Below, in pieces: positions 1 to 13,802 of a DNA stretch of 64,000 nt. Positions within the stretch are counted from its first letter, which is position 1, and each line of letters starts with the position of its first letter. The stretch is from Camelus ferus (Eukaryota). The notes below the pieces were generated by a model. The model did no database searches. It saw only the letters and a program-made list of their open reading frames with translations, and was not told where the DNA came from. Position numbers and translations under genes: made by a program. The stretch covers positions 33,172,001-33,236,000 of the forward strand of contig NC_045697.1 in the NCBI RefSeq assembly GCF_009834535.1, in the 5' to 3' direction.

Positions 1-716
1 TTCAGGTTTTACATTTAAGTCTTTAATCCAATTTGAATGTATGTTACTTATATTTCTTTTTCTTGTAGTTGCCATAGGGCTTACAATATGCATCTTTAAC
101 ATCAGATTTTATATCAAATAATATTATACCAATTCACAAAGAGTTTAAGAAAATTATAACAGTATAAATCAATTATGTATTCCCACCCATTGCACTATTA
201 TTCTCATAATTTTACTTTCATATATGTTGTAAGTCCTATATTATATTAATACATTTTTGCTTTGGAGAATGAAATATGTTCTAGATATTAAGAATAAGAA
301 AATATGTAGTTTCTAGTTGCGTCTCTTTTTGTGTGTATGTTATTTCCCATATTACTTTTTCTTTGCCTAGATTCAAATTTCTATCTGGTATCATATTTCT
401 TAACATGGTTTGAAAAATTTCTTAAAATAGTCTGCTGGCAATAAAAAATGTTCTTTATTTCATCTTAGTTTTTTGCAAGATATATTCTTTGGGCATACAA
501 TTCTGCCTTGAGTGTTTTTACTTTTCTCCATTATTTAAAGATGTAAACCTTTTATATTCTGGCTTGCATAATTTCTGATCAATAAGATTTTTTTTTCTTT
601 CTATGTAATGTTCTCTTTTTTTTCCTGATTGTGCTAAAATTTTTTGAAATATTTTTTCACCAACATTTTGACTATGATGTATCTAAGTGGGTAATTTTTG
701 TTAGTTTGTTTCTCTT

Positions 717-766
<50 letters not shown>

Positions 767-1385
767 CTGATTAAGAGTCTGTGGACATCTTGGCAATTAC
801 CTCTTCAAATATTACTTCTGTACCCCGATTTTCTTTTCTCCTTCTGGGACTCCAATTATCCATATACTTGACTGTTCCATATTGTTTCTTTGTTCTTGAA
901 TTCCCTCTTTTTTCTTCTTTCTTTCTTCTTTTATGTCCAACCTACTAATAAATCCATCAAAGGAATTCTTTATCTCATGACATTTTTTAAAATTCTAGTA
1001 TTCTTATTTTGCTTTCTTATGCTGTCCATCTTTTTGCTAAAATTGCCTCACATGTGTATGTTACCTACCTTTTCCAGTAGATCTTGTAACATACTAATTT
1101 TATGTAAATGTCTCTATCTCATAATCCAAGACCAGGACCATCCCCAAGTCTGATTTTGTCGATTGCTTTATCTCTTGACAATAATTTTAATTTTTTTGTC
1201 TTACATTTTTAGATGTCATAATTTTCTTGAGTAAGTGTCAGGAATAATAAAGACTAAAGTAAATAGTATTTTTGCTGGAAAATGGTCATGCCTCTTTTGC
1301 CATGCTGTCAGTGTAGGGGGGTAAGCTAATTTAGTTTGCAGTTGAACTCTATTTGGGTTTTGTTATTGTTATTATTACCTTCAGA
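1..1385 (-). mobile_element. Degraded ancient L1 (L1M-type) fragments, antisense
   Basis: T-rich antisense L1 motifs, e.g. ttcaggttttacatttaagtctttaatcca and ctccttctgggactccaatta. The element continues after the LTR at 1391-1874. Confidence 0.6.
718..766. repeat. (TG)n/(TA)n microsatellite
   Basis: Directly visible dinucleotide run. Confidence 0.95.
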
Positions 1386-1390
1386 GATAT

Positions 1391-1874
1391 TATGATTGTT
1401 AATTTTCTCTGTCAGTTTGCCTGGGCTAAGGGATACCAAGACAGCTTGTAAAACATTTTTTCTGGGTGTGTCCATGAGAATATTTTCAGAAGATATTAGC
1501 ATGTGAATAGGGAGACTGAGTAAAGAAGATTGCCCTCACAAATGCATCATTCAATCTGTTAAAGCTCTGATTAGAACAAAGAGACAGAGGAAGGGAGAAT
1601 CTGCTTGTTGTGCTTAAGCAGGGATATCTAACTTATCCTGCCCTAGAACATCGATGCTTCTGGTTCTTGGGCTTTTGGACTCAGACTGGAACTCATACCA
1701 CTGGCCTCATGGTTCTCAGTTGTTTCCTGGGCCTCCAGCTTAGTGATGGCTGATCATGGGACTTTTTAGCCTCCATAATAATGTGAGAAAATCCCTTACA
1801 GTAAATCCTTTTCTATGCATCTGTTTGTATACACCCTTTTAGTTCTATTTCTCTAAAGAACCCTGACTGATACA
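1391..1874 (+). mobile_element. MLT2-type ERVL solo LTR
   Basis: Starts tatgattgttaattttctctgtcagtttgcctgggctaagggatacc and ends gttctatttctctaaagaaccctgactgataca, matching MLT2 termini. Degenerate 5-bp TSD gatat/gatgc. Confidence 0.85.
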
Positions 1875-2347
1875 GATGCATATTCTTCAAATTATTTTAG
1901 TAATGGGCTGTCCTTACCTTGTGTGTAAAGTGGGGAATAGAGTACCAGCTTTTTTTAGTGGCCTTGCTTCTCTTTCAATGTTAGTAATTTCTGCATACCT
2001 ACACCACAGATAAGATCTTTCTACATGCCCTTGCCCTTCCTTAAGTGCCAGACAATTGCTGCTTCTTACTTGGTGCTTGAATCTTGTGAAATGCAGGGAT
2101 AATAGTTGCTATTGCCGTGGTCCATCTTCAGTCATAGACTAATCTTGTGTTACCAGACTTTCTCTGCATTTATTCTGTTCCTCCTCATGTCAGCCAAGCC
2201 TTTCCTTATGTCTTTGGTTGGTCTTGGGTAAAAGCCTCTAGAATATTCTAAATAAAAAGTAGTTCAAATTAGGTATAATATTATTCTAAGATATTTGTAT
2301 ATGCAAAATAAAAAATAAAATTGAGAAATATTTCAGTATATAACATT

Positions 2348-2604
2348 AATAATAACTGACATTAAGTGAATAGTTACTTTTTAGTAGGGTCTATGTTAGG
2401 TTTTGTTGAATATATTTAGTATTTCATTTAATACCTAGAAGAAATCTTCCACTCTAATATGATTATATTTATTTTATAGATAGAGTAATGAAAACTCAGA
2501 GAAGTTAAATAAGTTGCCCAGGGTTACAGAGCTACTAAATGGCAGAGCTGGTGTTTAAATCCCAGATCTTCCTAAGTCCAAAACCCTGCTGCTTTCCACT
2601 ATAC
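2348..2604 (-). mobile_element. MIR SINE
   Basis: Antisense MIR core: attttatagat...gaaaactcagagaagttaaataagttgcccagggttacagagctactaaatggcagagctgg. Confidence 0.85.
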
Positions 2605-3971
2605 TTCAAAAGAATTTAAGTAGCTGCTTAAAGCTAACTGCATATTTGCTTCATTTAAGTAACATGATGCTAGCAGAACATCAAAGAAGGAAATTGCAAA
2701 TTGGATACCATTGGTAAAAAAAATTGATTCCTTTAATCATAAAAGAAACTTGGGACTTGAATACCTGAAATAACTAAGATGACTTTTTCTACCTAAATTT
2801 AAAGATATCCTCTCCATGTTTTTCTTGTCGTTCTAATTTATTAGACACATGGGTTTATTGACAGTACTTTATGATTATAAACTAAACTCATGGCATCAGA
2901 ATCTATTAATGAAGAAGTCATTCTCTCAAACATCAGCTCAAGTGGCTTTGTTATAGCCTCTCACTAAAGAGATCATAGGCTTCCTCAAAGACAAGACTAA
3001 ATAATCATGATGTAATAGAAACACAAATGAGAGAACTTTAACGCTGTTTCATCTTGATATGTGAAACATGTGGATATTTTCTGAATATTAGAATTAAGAT
3101 TCTGGTACCCAGAATGAACAAAATCAGGAATAAAGGCCCTTTCTCAAATACCCCTGCCTTAACAGGCCTTAATTCTATTTGGGTGTACCTCATAGTAGTA
3201 TTTACTTCCATATTCTGAAATCTATGTTTTCTGTTGTCTGTTAAGTACGCTGAGATTTTGGAGGGAAAGCATTCACATATTATCCATCTTCATGGCTCTA
3301 GTGCTTAATATATGCATGGGATACAGGAGGGGCATAATGTTTATTGAAATAAACTGAATTAAATAGAACGGATAAAGACTAACATAAAGCGAAGCAATGT
3401 GTCACGGCATAAAAAGGACTGGCACATGTATTAGGAAATGGTCTAAAATGGTGACTTAGGCATTAATCAAAGGATATTTTAAGGACTGTGTTCCTTCATC
3501 TAACAATGCAGAGCTTGAAGTATATCCAATTGTTTTTAAACATTTGGGTTTTGTTTTGCTTTGGTATTGGTTTGATTTATAGAGTCCTGTTCTCAGATAA
3601 AAACTTACCACAAATCCCAATATACAAAAAAGCTAAAAGTAGACCTGAACTGGATAATCATGGGCACAGGTCATGGATCCCTGCCTACTTCTTCCACTGT
3701 TGTTTATTCTATTTCTATACCATCCAACAAGAGCAATCCTTAATCAGTTCCCTAAATAAGAGTTGCAAAAAGGTCAGTTTGAAAACCAGTATTCTACTAT
3801 ATGATCTTTAAGCAAGGATGTGTGTATATGTAAATAATAAAATATATAAGTATATATAATATATAATTAAAAAATAACATATAATAAACTATATAAATAA
3901 ATGAATAGAAATATATAAATATAAATAAATAAAAATATAAAAATAAAATAAAATAGATAACAACAATAAAA

Positions 3972-4095
3972 CAGGATACAAGATTAACATACAGAAATCA
4001 GTTGCATTTCTCTACACTAACAATGAAATATCAGAAAAGGATAGTAAAAAAAAAAAAATCCCTTCTAAAATCACATCATAAACGTAAAATACCTA
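3972..4095 (+). mobile_element. L1 ORF2 fragment
   Basis: caggatacaagattaacatacagaaatcagttgcatttctctacactaacaatgaa encodes GYKINIQKSVAFLYTNNE, a conserved L1 ORF2 motif. Confidence 0.85.
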
Positions 4096-7000
4096 TCCTT
4101 CCCTTTCTAGATATCATCAATATGGCAGACCTGTAAGAATAACAGAAGTAAAAATTAGCCTAAAACTAAAAGGGAGAATCTAAAGCTAAAGATGAGCAAG
4201 TCTGAAAGACAAGGAGCGAGAACATGATAATGGTAATGTAGAGACTGGGAGTCACTGGGGTGAGACCCGTGCCTGAGAAAGATCTATGAAAGGTAATAGA
4301 TAGAAGTTGTGAATGTTTAGGCTGAGAAACAAGAAACATTTGAAAACATATAAAATGTTAATGTTTTTATATTATAAAAGCTAGATACAAATATGTAGTA
4401 TATTATATACACATTATATATAATATACATTCTATATATAAATTCTCTACATTTTTGTATACATATACATTATATATATATATGACTGAACACTTACCCT
4501 GTATTGAAAAAGAGAGAAAGTCTTCCCATTAAGAATCTGTTTTAAAAAGAGAGAGAGAGCAAGAAAGGGAGAGAGAAAGAAATAAAAGCAAGAATGAAAA
4601 ATTTCAGAGAATAAGATCCAAATATAATACAAATATTTATATCACAAAAGCAACAACTTTGTGGGTCAGGGTTTTGGCAGTCAGTCTTCCCCATACCACG
4701 TGGCATTAATTTAGCACACATTGTTAAGTAATGATTCTACCATTTGTATATGTGGGAACGTCAATAAACTTTTCCCAGGTGGTATTTACACCCCTGTAGT
4801 GACAAGTAGTCTCTGTGGATCAGATTATTTCTGTGTTTTAAGGGCAAGTGGAAGAATTTAAAGCTACATTTCCTTTGAAAATTTTGCACATTATCAGCAT
4901 ACACTTGTTGCTGAAGCTACCCATATATTTTAATATTTTTTAATCAAAGATGAGTTGTGACAATAGCAAACCTGGAGCTCTTTTATAGTAAAATATTGTT
5001 CTTTCCATCTTTAAAAGAAGTCAGAGTTGTCATCAAGCTCAGTGAGCAGTGTTTTTTGAGCAATCAGCTTGCTGCCTGTTTCTTTAGTCTTCTATGACAA
5101 GACTTGATGCCTGATTGGGCACCTGCCATTGTTTGGTACACAAGTCACCATCTCTAGATTGGAGGTATGGCATGAAAAACCATTTACAGTTGAACAAAAA
5201 GATATGGCAGTCTAACCTTAGGAGTTTTGTGGACTGAATGAGACTGAAGGAAGTGTGAGTAGAGGAGGTCTGCTGTACAGTATAGAAATTTAATCTGGTG
5301 TGGTGAGGTAAAGCAAGGGGAAAAGTTAGGTTTTCAAATACTAGGAAGAGCAGAGATTCGATCTAGGAACTCTAAAGATGTAACAGCCCCATGACTGAAG
5401 ACTGTTTCTAGGATGGATGAAATTTGTTTTCTCTGTGTACTGGGCAAGGGAGAATCTGACCCTTTAGCTGATCATCATCAAGATTCACCAGAGGTGAATT
5501 GCCTTATCATCTCTCTCTGAAAGCATTTACTATTGTGTTGGATTTAATTGTAAGCTCTTATTTATTTATTTATTTTTTTAGAAATTAATTTGTTTTTGTT
5601 ATTTCTCTAAAAGTCTCAAAATCAGATATATCTTTCTGGTTCCAAGTATTTTACAAATATTAATCTGGAATTATAACTTCTTAAAGGTGATCTGGAAGAA
5701 AAGAGTATGAGCCCATTTGTAGGATTTACCTTTTAATCTCAAGTATTTAAGCAATTGGATAGTTAGTCTTTGTAAACTGACATAACTATCTTCTTTCCAC
5801 TGGCCTCTGAGATTCTTAGAGAAGTAGATAGAGTGACTATCTGCTCATAAAACATCTGGGATTTTATAATCCTTTACTCTGCTGTTTTTCTGCTCCCAAC
5901 TGTGTGCCAGAGAATGAGAAAGGCATGATCCCCCTCAGTGTGTGATTTTAACTCCACAACACTGGCAAAAGTTTGGCTTGAAATTCTGTGCATTTTCCTT
6001 GAATTTTATGAATTCTCCTTGTCTTTTTCAATATTTGTTTTTGTATCTAATTTTACAACTCATCTCCTATTGTTTCATTAACATATAGGCTCTGCTTACT
6101 CACTGACAAACACAATTTTTCACCACTTTATCTTTTGTTTGCTCTGACAGAGCAAACATTCTTCTTTTTTAACCACATTTCTCTTCTAAAAGATACTTTT
6201 GATATCTTTTTTATTTCCATCCTTCTTGAGATAATGTTATCATACTAAAATAAAAGTCACCCTGCTTGGATAATGATTTATAAATGCCAAAACCTGAAGG
6301 CTAGGCATTGGAAAGGAAAGATGAATTATCTTATTTAAGTAGTTTTCTCAAAAAGGGATCTTGAAGACTGCTAAAAGTTTCTGCAGATTAGGGAATATAA
6401 TTTTTTTTAATTCTCAGAACATTTGTATTTAGTAAGCTTGTTTCTCATGTTTGAGGGTAATTCTCGTATTCTCATATAAATTCTTGCTAATGTGCCAATT
6501 TTCAATGATTTTTTTTCAAAAATTTAGTAAAGTATCAGTTTTTAGAATCACATTGATAAACGTACCCTTTAAATGTCATAGATATTTTGGAAGGAAATAC
6601 AACATGCTTACTTTCCCTAAGTTTAAAATTTAGTTTCAGAAATAACATGTGGACACAGTACAAAGGAATTCATAATACTATGCAATAAATAATAAGTACC
6701 AAATTAGGTTTATGGGATAAAAGTGATTCAGGAGTTTAGTGATGGAACAAATTCTTCAAGATGGAATTTAATCAGTATTTGGAAAGACAAGCCCTTGCTG
6801 AAATACTGGTCAACAACTGCCTGCTCTAGTAAGGTAGGGATATGTGGTTCATCTTACTTGGATATAGAAGATGAAAGAGATTTGAAGATAGTCTTAGGAT
6901 TGCTGACTCTGGTATTACTATGCTTGCTTTGTTTTATTTGTACAAAGTAGAGACAGGAGGTTTACTCTAGTGACTTAATGCAGAATTAATGGAAGGAAGG

Positions 7001-8039
7001 AGGACTGGATGTAGTTAAGTCAGGGAAAAGTTCCTATGGTCATTTCTGTGAAATGATAAAGATGAAATTTAAAGTGGTGGCAGGAGGAATAGCGGCAGAA
7101 ATTTGTCAGACTTTGGATATTACCTGGATATAAATGGTCATTTTCATCATGAGAAAGTGTATACTATGGAAATACATTAAACCCAATCAGGTTTAGTTGC
7201 TTCTTTCTATCATTTTTATGTCACATACTATTCTGAACATTAAAATATATAAAATTGTTAGCAAAGCCTCTTTTACAAATCCAGAAAGTCAGACCTCAGA
7301 GAATAAATGGGCATTTCCAGAAGAGTAACAGCTCTCTCTGATCATAGTGTATGGCACTTTATTAGGCACTCAGTGAATGTGTGTTAAACATCATATGTAT
7401 AAGCATGTAGATATGAGGAAACATGGCCTATAGGATATATCAGCACTGACAAATCAATCATTTAATGGCACATATAAACATATGATTCAGGATTTATATT
7501 AACTTGTAAGTGATCAATACACACAAACCCTTTAGTATGGCTATTTTATACTAGAGAAAGTAATCACTGATAATTTGGGGCTTTAAGCTTTGATTAAAAA
7601 GTCTGAAAGAAAGAGCTGAGTGAGTTTTTATTAATGCAATAACCTGGGAACTCAGTATTATAAGTTTGCATGACTAATACTGATTTTAGTCAAATTCTAA
7701 ACTCCTGTTTAAGATAAAGTCGTTAATGGCCTTGCTAGTTAAAAGACAAAGGAAAAAAAAATTGTCTATGGAGTGCCTACTGGGCCCCTATACTGTACTA
7801 GACATACAATTATTGTCAGATTTCTTCTCTCACTGACCATGAACGAGATTTTAATTAGCATAGTCATATATCACAATGATTGATTATTTATTCCTAGCTA
7901 CCATAGCACCTGTAGCATATGTGTTTAGTATTTTTGGATAAAACTATTAATTATTTTAATGTGTGACTTTCTCTATACTTTCAAATATGCCTAAATACTA
8001 TTTGTATATAGAAACAATGTTTTTCCAAATTATAGTGTA

Positions 8040-8330
8040 CCAGTCATAAGAGACTAAATTATATTTCAGAAACAAACAAAAACAGAATTAACAGGTACAT
8101 TTCTCAGGTGTGTTCCAGGTGCAGTAAAGGTCAGCAGAGGAGCTCTACTCAGTGTAGTCAGAGACCTGGACTGACAAGGACTCCACCTTGTCTCGTCCTG
8201 AAGGTTACTGTAGCAGGAGGAACAAAATATGATTAATCATGCAGTGGATTTTAAAGCTTCCAGTCAGAAAAAACACACACCCATTAGTCAAATCAAGTCA
8301 CACAGCCACCTCAAACTTGCAAGGAGATTT
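8040..8330 (-). mobile_element. Old MLT1 (MaLR) LTR fragment
   Basis: Motifs ttaaagcttcc...cattagtcaaatcaagtcacacagccacctcaaacttgcaagga resemble antisense MLT1J/K/L. Confidence 0.5.
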
Positions 8331-10421
8331 ACATTAATTTATCCACATCTATTTACACAAAAACTAAAATTTTTATATTTTCTGGCTAGAAATGTAATAG
8401 TACAGAGTCTGTAATCAGGCTAAGCAGTACTCTTTATCTAATGGACTTGTCTCTCTTCTGAACAATTTGTAATATTTTCATTACTGGAAAATAAAATGAA
8501 TTGGATTCCACTTTTTGGCCCAGTATTTAGCAAAAAAGGACCTGAAGTCTTTTTCAGATGAACACAAATCACAATGAAGTAGTTGAATTATTTATAAAGA
8601 ATGAGTTCTGAAAATGATATATTAAGATATTTTCAAATGCCTTACTAAATAATCCCTAAATGGTCAATGTCAAGAAGCCTAAGTTTTAGGGGAACATCTT
8701 TTATATGACTTGATAAATACTTCCTCCAAGTACACTTGAATTTCAAGTCATCATTTTTATGGATTTTTTTAACTACCATTTATGTACTGACCTCATTTTC
8801 TCAACAACCTAAAGCCTCTGAACACTCATTCTTTTCCAAAAGTAATTTTATTCAAAGTCAGTTGGGAAAGGTTAGCACAATCAAAACGAATATATTACTT
8901 TAAATTTTGTATCTCCTTAGCTCTCTGATTCACTGTGTCTATCTTTTAAGCTCTTGTCCCTTTGACATCCCTAGACACAAATTCAAATAACTTGGAAAAT
9001 ATATTACGCTGTAATTTGTGTGAAGTCTAAAGAAATGCCAGGGTTTTCATGGAAATGAATAAAAGTTCTGAATTAGTGAAGTAGCTAAAATTTGGAAACA
9101 CAAATGTCTTTTTCTAAGTCATTGAGAAGAAAGCTAGACAAATCAATTATTATATACAGAAATCCATTATTATATATGAGAGGGAAGGAGAGGGAAAGAG
9201 AGAGCAGAGAAAGTTTTGCTTTTTAAATCACCTTATGACCTTGTAGTATTATACAAAGCTAAATATTAATTCATTCCAAGATTTTATTTAATCTGCATGT
9301 TAAATATAAGACCCTTAATAAGAGGAAAAGAAGGTGGATCTATGGTGCTTCTATGATCTTTTAGACGTGCTGATAGGCATATGGACAAGTGGGTAAGGGG
9401 TAAAATAGGTGATAGATACGTGCATATATACACACATTAGTTTTATAGTATGAATATGTCTATATAAATCCATACATACATACTTTGGGTGAGGTACATT
9501 CTAACTTTGCTTTTATTTTCTCATTTATAAAACTAAGATAATAATACCCACCTTCCTGACTTATTCTGAGGGTTAAATAAGGTAATTACTAAAAGCATAT
9601 AAGTACTCCCCTCCTTCCTTGTCATTAAATGTCTCATTTTACCGTCATTCTTCATTCATTCATTTAACATTGTATTTTATTTTTTATCACATGCCAGTTT
9701 CCAGGTACTGTGGAGGCTCAGGGGAGTCCTTGCAGAATAAACCACATACAAGGTAGCTCCTTGTGGAATTTATATTCTACTGACTCCATTATACCTAAAG
9801 AGAAAAAAAAATGCTTGGAAGACTTTTGATTTTATGGTTTTCACCTCATCCTTCTGATAACTAATTTTTTGAAGGTAATGTCTGAATAAATGACCCTTTC
9901 TCTGTTAGTCAATGAAATAAGTACCATATTTACCCTCTGCCTCTCAGACTTTTATAGGTATAACCCTATTTCAATATTGAGTAATGACCAAAGATCCAAT
10001 GGAGTTGTGATTTAAAAAAAATTTAGACAAGGAAAGTCTCTTTTTTGTCCATGGGTTTGTCTTCATATTGTTCAATGCAACCAGTTTTCTGTTGATTATT
10101 ATTGCTCTCATGTGGACATGGTTTCCTGCTTACTTTGGTTCTTTACGTCCTAAAAGCCAACGTGATGCATAGAAGTCAAATAGCAGAACACAATTCATTG
10201 TTGTATTTACAGGAAGAAATTAAGTTTCCAAATATTCCAGAAAAAGATAATTTATATTTTCAATGCACAATTTGAACTAAGGAACCAGAATAGATGTCTG
10301 AGACCAGAAGCTACAATAGGGACCAGTTTGCAGCTCTATTTGTCATTTCTTTCCTCTGCTTTAACTCAATGTCTCGTCATCAATATTGTGAAAATAGTTG
10401 TATTTTTTTTTTGGTTTGATT

Positions 10422-10855
10422 TTTTCCAGTTTTATTGAGAAATAATTGACACTGTACAAGTTTAAAGTCTGTAAGCTAATGATTTGACTTACATACATCA
10501 TGAAATGATTACTACAGTAAGTTTAGTGAACATTCATCATTTCATATAAAAAAAGAAATAGAAAAAAATCTACTTTTCCTTGTGACAACTATTATGATTT
10601 ACTCTTTTAACAATTTTCTAATGTAACATATAGCAGTGTTTATTATATTTATCATACTGTACATTACTACATCCCTAGTACTTATTTTCTTTTATCTGGA
10701 AATTTTTACCTTTTGACCCACCTTCATCCAATCCCCCCTCCTCCCACCCCTGCCCTTGATAACCATAAATCTGGGTTTGTTTGTTTTTTTTTGAGTTTCT
10801 TTGTTTTTGAAGTATAATTGACCCCCAACACTATGTTAGTTCCTGGTGCACCATG
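10422..10855 (-). mobile_element. L1 3' end (L1MA-like)
   Basis: tttccagttttattgagaaataattgac...ttttgacccaccttcatccaatcccccctcctcccacccctgcc is a typical antisense L1 3' UTR. Confidence 0.8.
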
Positions 10856-11499
10856 TAGCTGTATTTTAAATAGGATAAGGTTGAACACTGTATACAAGGT
10901 TTGTAAAAGCCAACAACATGAAGGATTTCTCTAGAGATCTGATGATGTTCTCCTCTTCTTACTGCAATAAAGGTCACTAGTCCAGCTGTTCATATTGAAG
11001 ATTATCTAGTAAATCCTAATCTTAACCTTCCTTAGGGCAGTAATTTGAATTTTTTTAATATTCTTTCAAAATATTACTAACAAAATTATTTCAAAGCAGG
11101 ATGTTCTAATCTTCAGTCATCTTGATAATAACTTAGACATTTATTGTATCCTGGATTTTTTATAGTCACCTATTCAGACAAAGATAATTTTGTACTTCCT
11201 CTCTTGTCATCTTCGCAAGAGGCAGAAATCAAGCAGTATAATTTTCAGACAAGAAAACCAATGTTTATAGAACCCAATCATTAAATAACTATGGTTAGTT
11301 AAAGGTTAAATTTAAAGAAAATCTCAGGTTAGGGGACCCTCCCTTGGAAGAGTCAGTCAATTAGTATAGATGAAGAGTTTATTCTTCTCATGCACAGTTA
11401 TCACTTGCTGTCTGGAGCTCTCATTTACAAATGAAAAACAATGATTATTAATCTCCAGGAGGGATATCAGTTGACTCTGGCTCTTGTTAATTTCCTCTC

Positions 11500-12160
11500 C
11501 TACTCGTCCTCGTTGCCGGGAGATCATTATGCTTCTGATTCCTCATGCTCATCTGGCAGTTCCATGCTTTCACGCCTTTGCTCATAGCCTTAGCTATGTC
11601 TTCTCAGAGTACTCTCTCTTCGTGGAATTAACAGCATTTCCTCCTTCAACTCTCAGCTCAAATGTCTTTTTTTTCTAGGAAATATTTCCAGAATTCCAAA
11701 GGTGCTTCTTCAAAGTACCCATAGCACCTTGTGGATTTCACTATCAGAGTATGAATCTCTTTAAAAGTGAATCGCATGTCAATATTCTTGTTTTAACCAC
11801 TATGTTATAATTGACTCAGAGGCAGATTCTGTGTCTCATTCATTGTTGCATCAATGAATTTATGCAATAAATTTATTGCTCAGCAAGGCACTAAATAAGT
11901 GTTAATATGACTGTCTGTTTTGGTGTAAGGATGTTCTACCCAATACATTTATTCAGATAGTCTGCAATACATAATTGCTGAATACTACTAGTTGCCAGGT
12001 ACTATGTTGAATAAAAAAGCACACACTTTATAGACAAATAAAATAGTTCAAAAACGCTATGATAGGATAAATTTAAGGCACAATTACAGCACATAAGAGA
12101 TATTTTGGAATTCAGGAAAGGCTTTCACAAGAGGGTAATACTGAAGCTAAGGTCTAAACT
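11500..12160. mobile_element. L2 fragments in both orientations
   Basis: Degenerate L2 3' motifs (cacgcctttgctcatag, ttcaggaaaggctttcacaagagggtaatactgaagct). Confidence 0.5.
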
Positions 12161-12166
12161 GTAGTA

Positions 12167-12518
12167 CAATTCACGATCCTTTTTCTGAAATCCTGGAGCC
12201 AGATGCATTTCTGACTTCAGAATTTTTCACATTTTAGAAAGATAAGATGGTACATATTTAGTATATTATGTAACATCTCTAATGAGATTTGGGGCAGTAC
12301 TCCAGTATTCAAAACATTTCTATTTCTGTGTAGAAATGTAAATATACACTGTAATTTATAAATAACATAATAGTGTCACTTTAGTTCAAATCAGGTCTTG
12401 TATCCAAGTAAGTCCACGTCAGGCTAGGGTTGATTTTCTTGCCAAATAAATTCTAAAATCCTTTTTGTTTCTCAAGCTTTTTGATTTTTGTAATGGGAAA
12501 GAGATAATTTTGGACCTA
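12167..12518. mobile_element. MER46C-like (TcMar-Tigger) non-autonomous DNA transposon
   Basis: ggagccagatgcatttctgacttcagaatttttcacattttagaaag...atttggggcagtactcc resembles MER46C, with decayed terminal inverted repeats. Confidence 0.7.
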
Positions 12519-12539
12519 AAGTAAGAGCAAACATTTCCT

Positions 12540-12730
12540 GGGTTCTAATTTTTTGCCAGGCACCACTGCTTTATATGTTCATTATTAAATCATTGTTACA
12601 GCCCTGTAATGGTTGTACTATTTTATGAGGCAGAGAGGTTAAGTTCACAGAGAGACTCAAAGTCACACTGATTGAATCAGATTTGAAAGAAGGCAGTCTG
12701 GTGCCAGAGTCCATGCCTTTAACCATACAC
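12540..12730 (-). mobile_element. MIR SINE
   Basis: tgaggcagagaggttaag...agatttgaaagaaggcagtctggtgccagagtccatgcctttaaccat. Confidence 0.75.
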
Positions 12731-13140
12731 TGAAATGTAAGTTATGTAAATGAAGGGAGTTGACAATGGAGAAGCAGGAAGGGGGACATGAATGCAGAGA
12801 GAAACTAGGGCAGAGCACACTCCAAACCAACATGCCCAAGATACAGCACAACAGGCTTTCTTTCTAAGGCAGGTAACAGTATCTTGTAATTTACTTGGCT
12901 TTGAATAAGCAAAAAGGCATATAGGGGTGTTAAGGGATAAGGTGCAAAAGTCAATGGACTCTGTTCTGAACATTTTACATTTAGGTGCTTATGCATTGTT
13001 ATTCCAAGGGAGATGTTCCTCCGCCATTGGATAAGTCTGTAGCTTGGCAAGCAGTATACGGTGGATATGTAGGTATGAAACTTAACAAAGGAGTGGTAAT
13101 TAAGCTTTGTGGTTGAGTAATACCCAGGTAAAAATATGGT

Positions 13141-13212
13141 CAGAGAGAGGCAGAGAGAGAGGGAGAGAGAGGGAGAAACAAGAAGAGAAAGAGAAAGAGA
13201 GAAAGAGGAAAT
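13141..13212. repeat. GA-rich low-complexity tract
   Basis: Directly visible imperfect (GA)n run. Confidence 0.8.
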
Positions 13213-13802
13213 AGGAAAAATAATAAAGTCTTCAGGAAACAGTTATGTAAAAGGAGACCAGAGGACTTAAGAATAATACAAAAAAGGGAAGATGAGGAAC
13301 CAGAAGGTTATGATATTCTAGAAGCCTGAGAACTACAACATGGTACAATAAAAATAAGAGTTAATTTAGTAAATATTAAATAAAATCCCAAGTACATAAT
13401 ATGGAGGTGTAGATATATCTTCTTTCTTAATTTAAAAAAAATTGGTCAAAAACACTAAAATTGCAGAATGACTAGAAAGTACTAACAATTAAGACATTAA
13501 GAAGTAAAACTATATGATAAGGCTAAAGAATACAGTAAAAATCTGTAGAAAAACATTCCTAGTTTTTATCAAAAAGTAATATTATATTGGGATTGTGAAA
13601 TATCCTAAAGCTGATTTTATCGTGATGGATGCACAATATGGTAAAATCAATAATTGTTAACTTTTTATACTTGAAATGTGTGAATTTTATAAAGTATAGC
13701 TTAATAAAATTATTAAAGATTATTACTATGATGAAGTAATAATACAGTTATTATCAATTAACATTATATGAGTTAAACATCTAACTCAAGAAATTGAAAA
13801 TT

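Noticed and set aside
4680..4800. CCACGTGG E-box and homeobox-like motifs as an enhancer
   Set aside because: Isolated short motifs with no other support; cannot be distinguished from chance.
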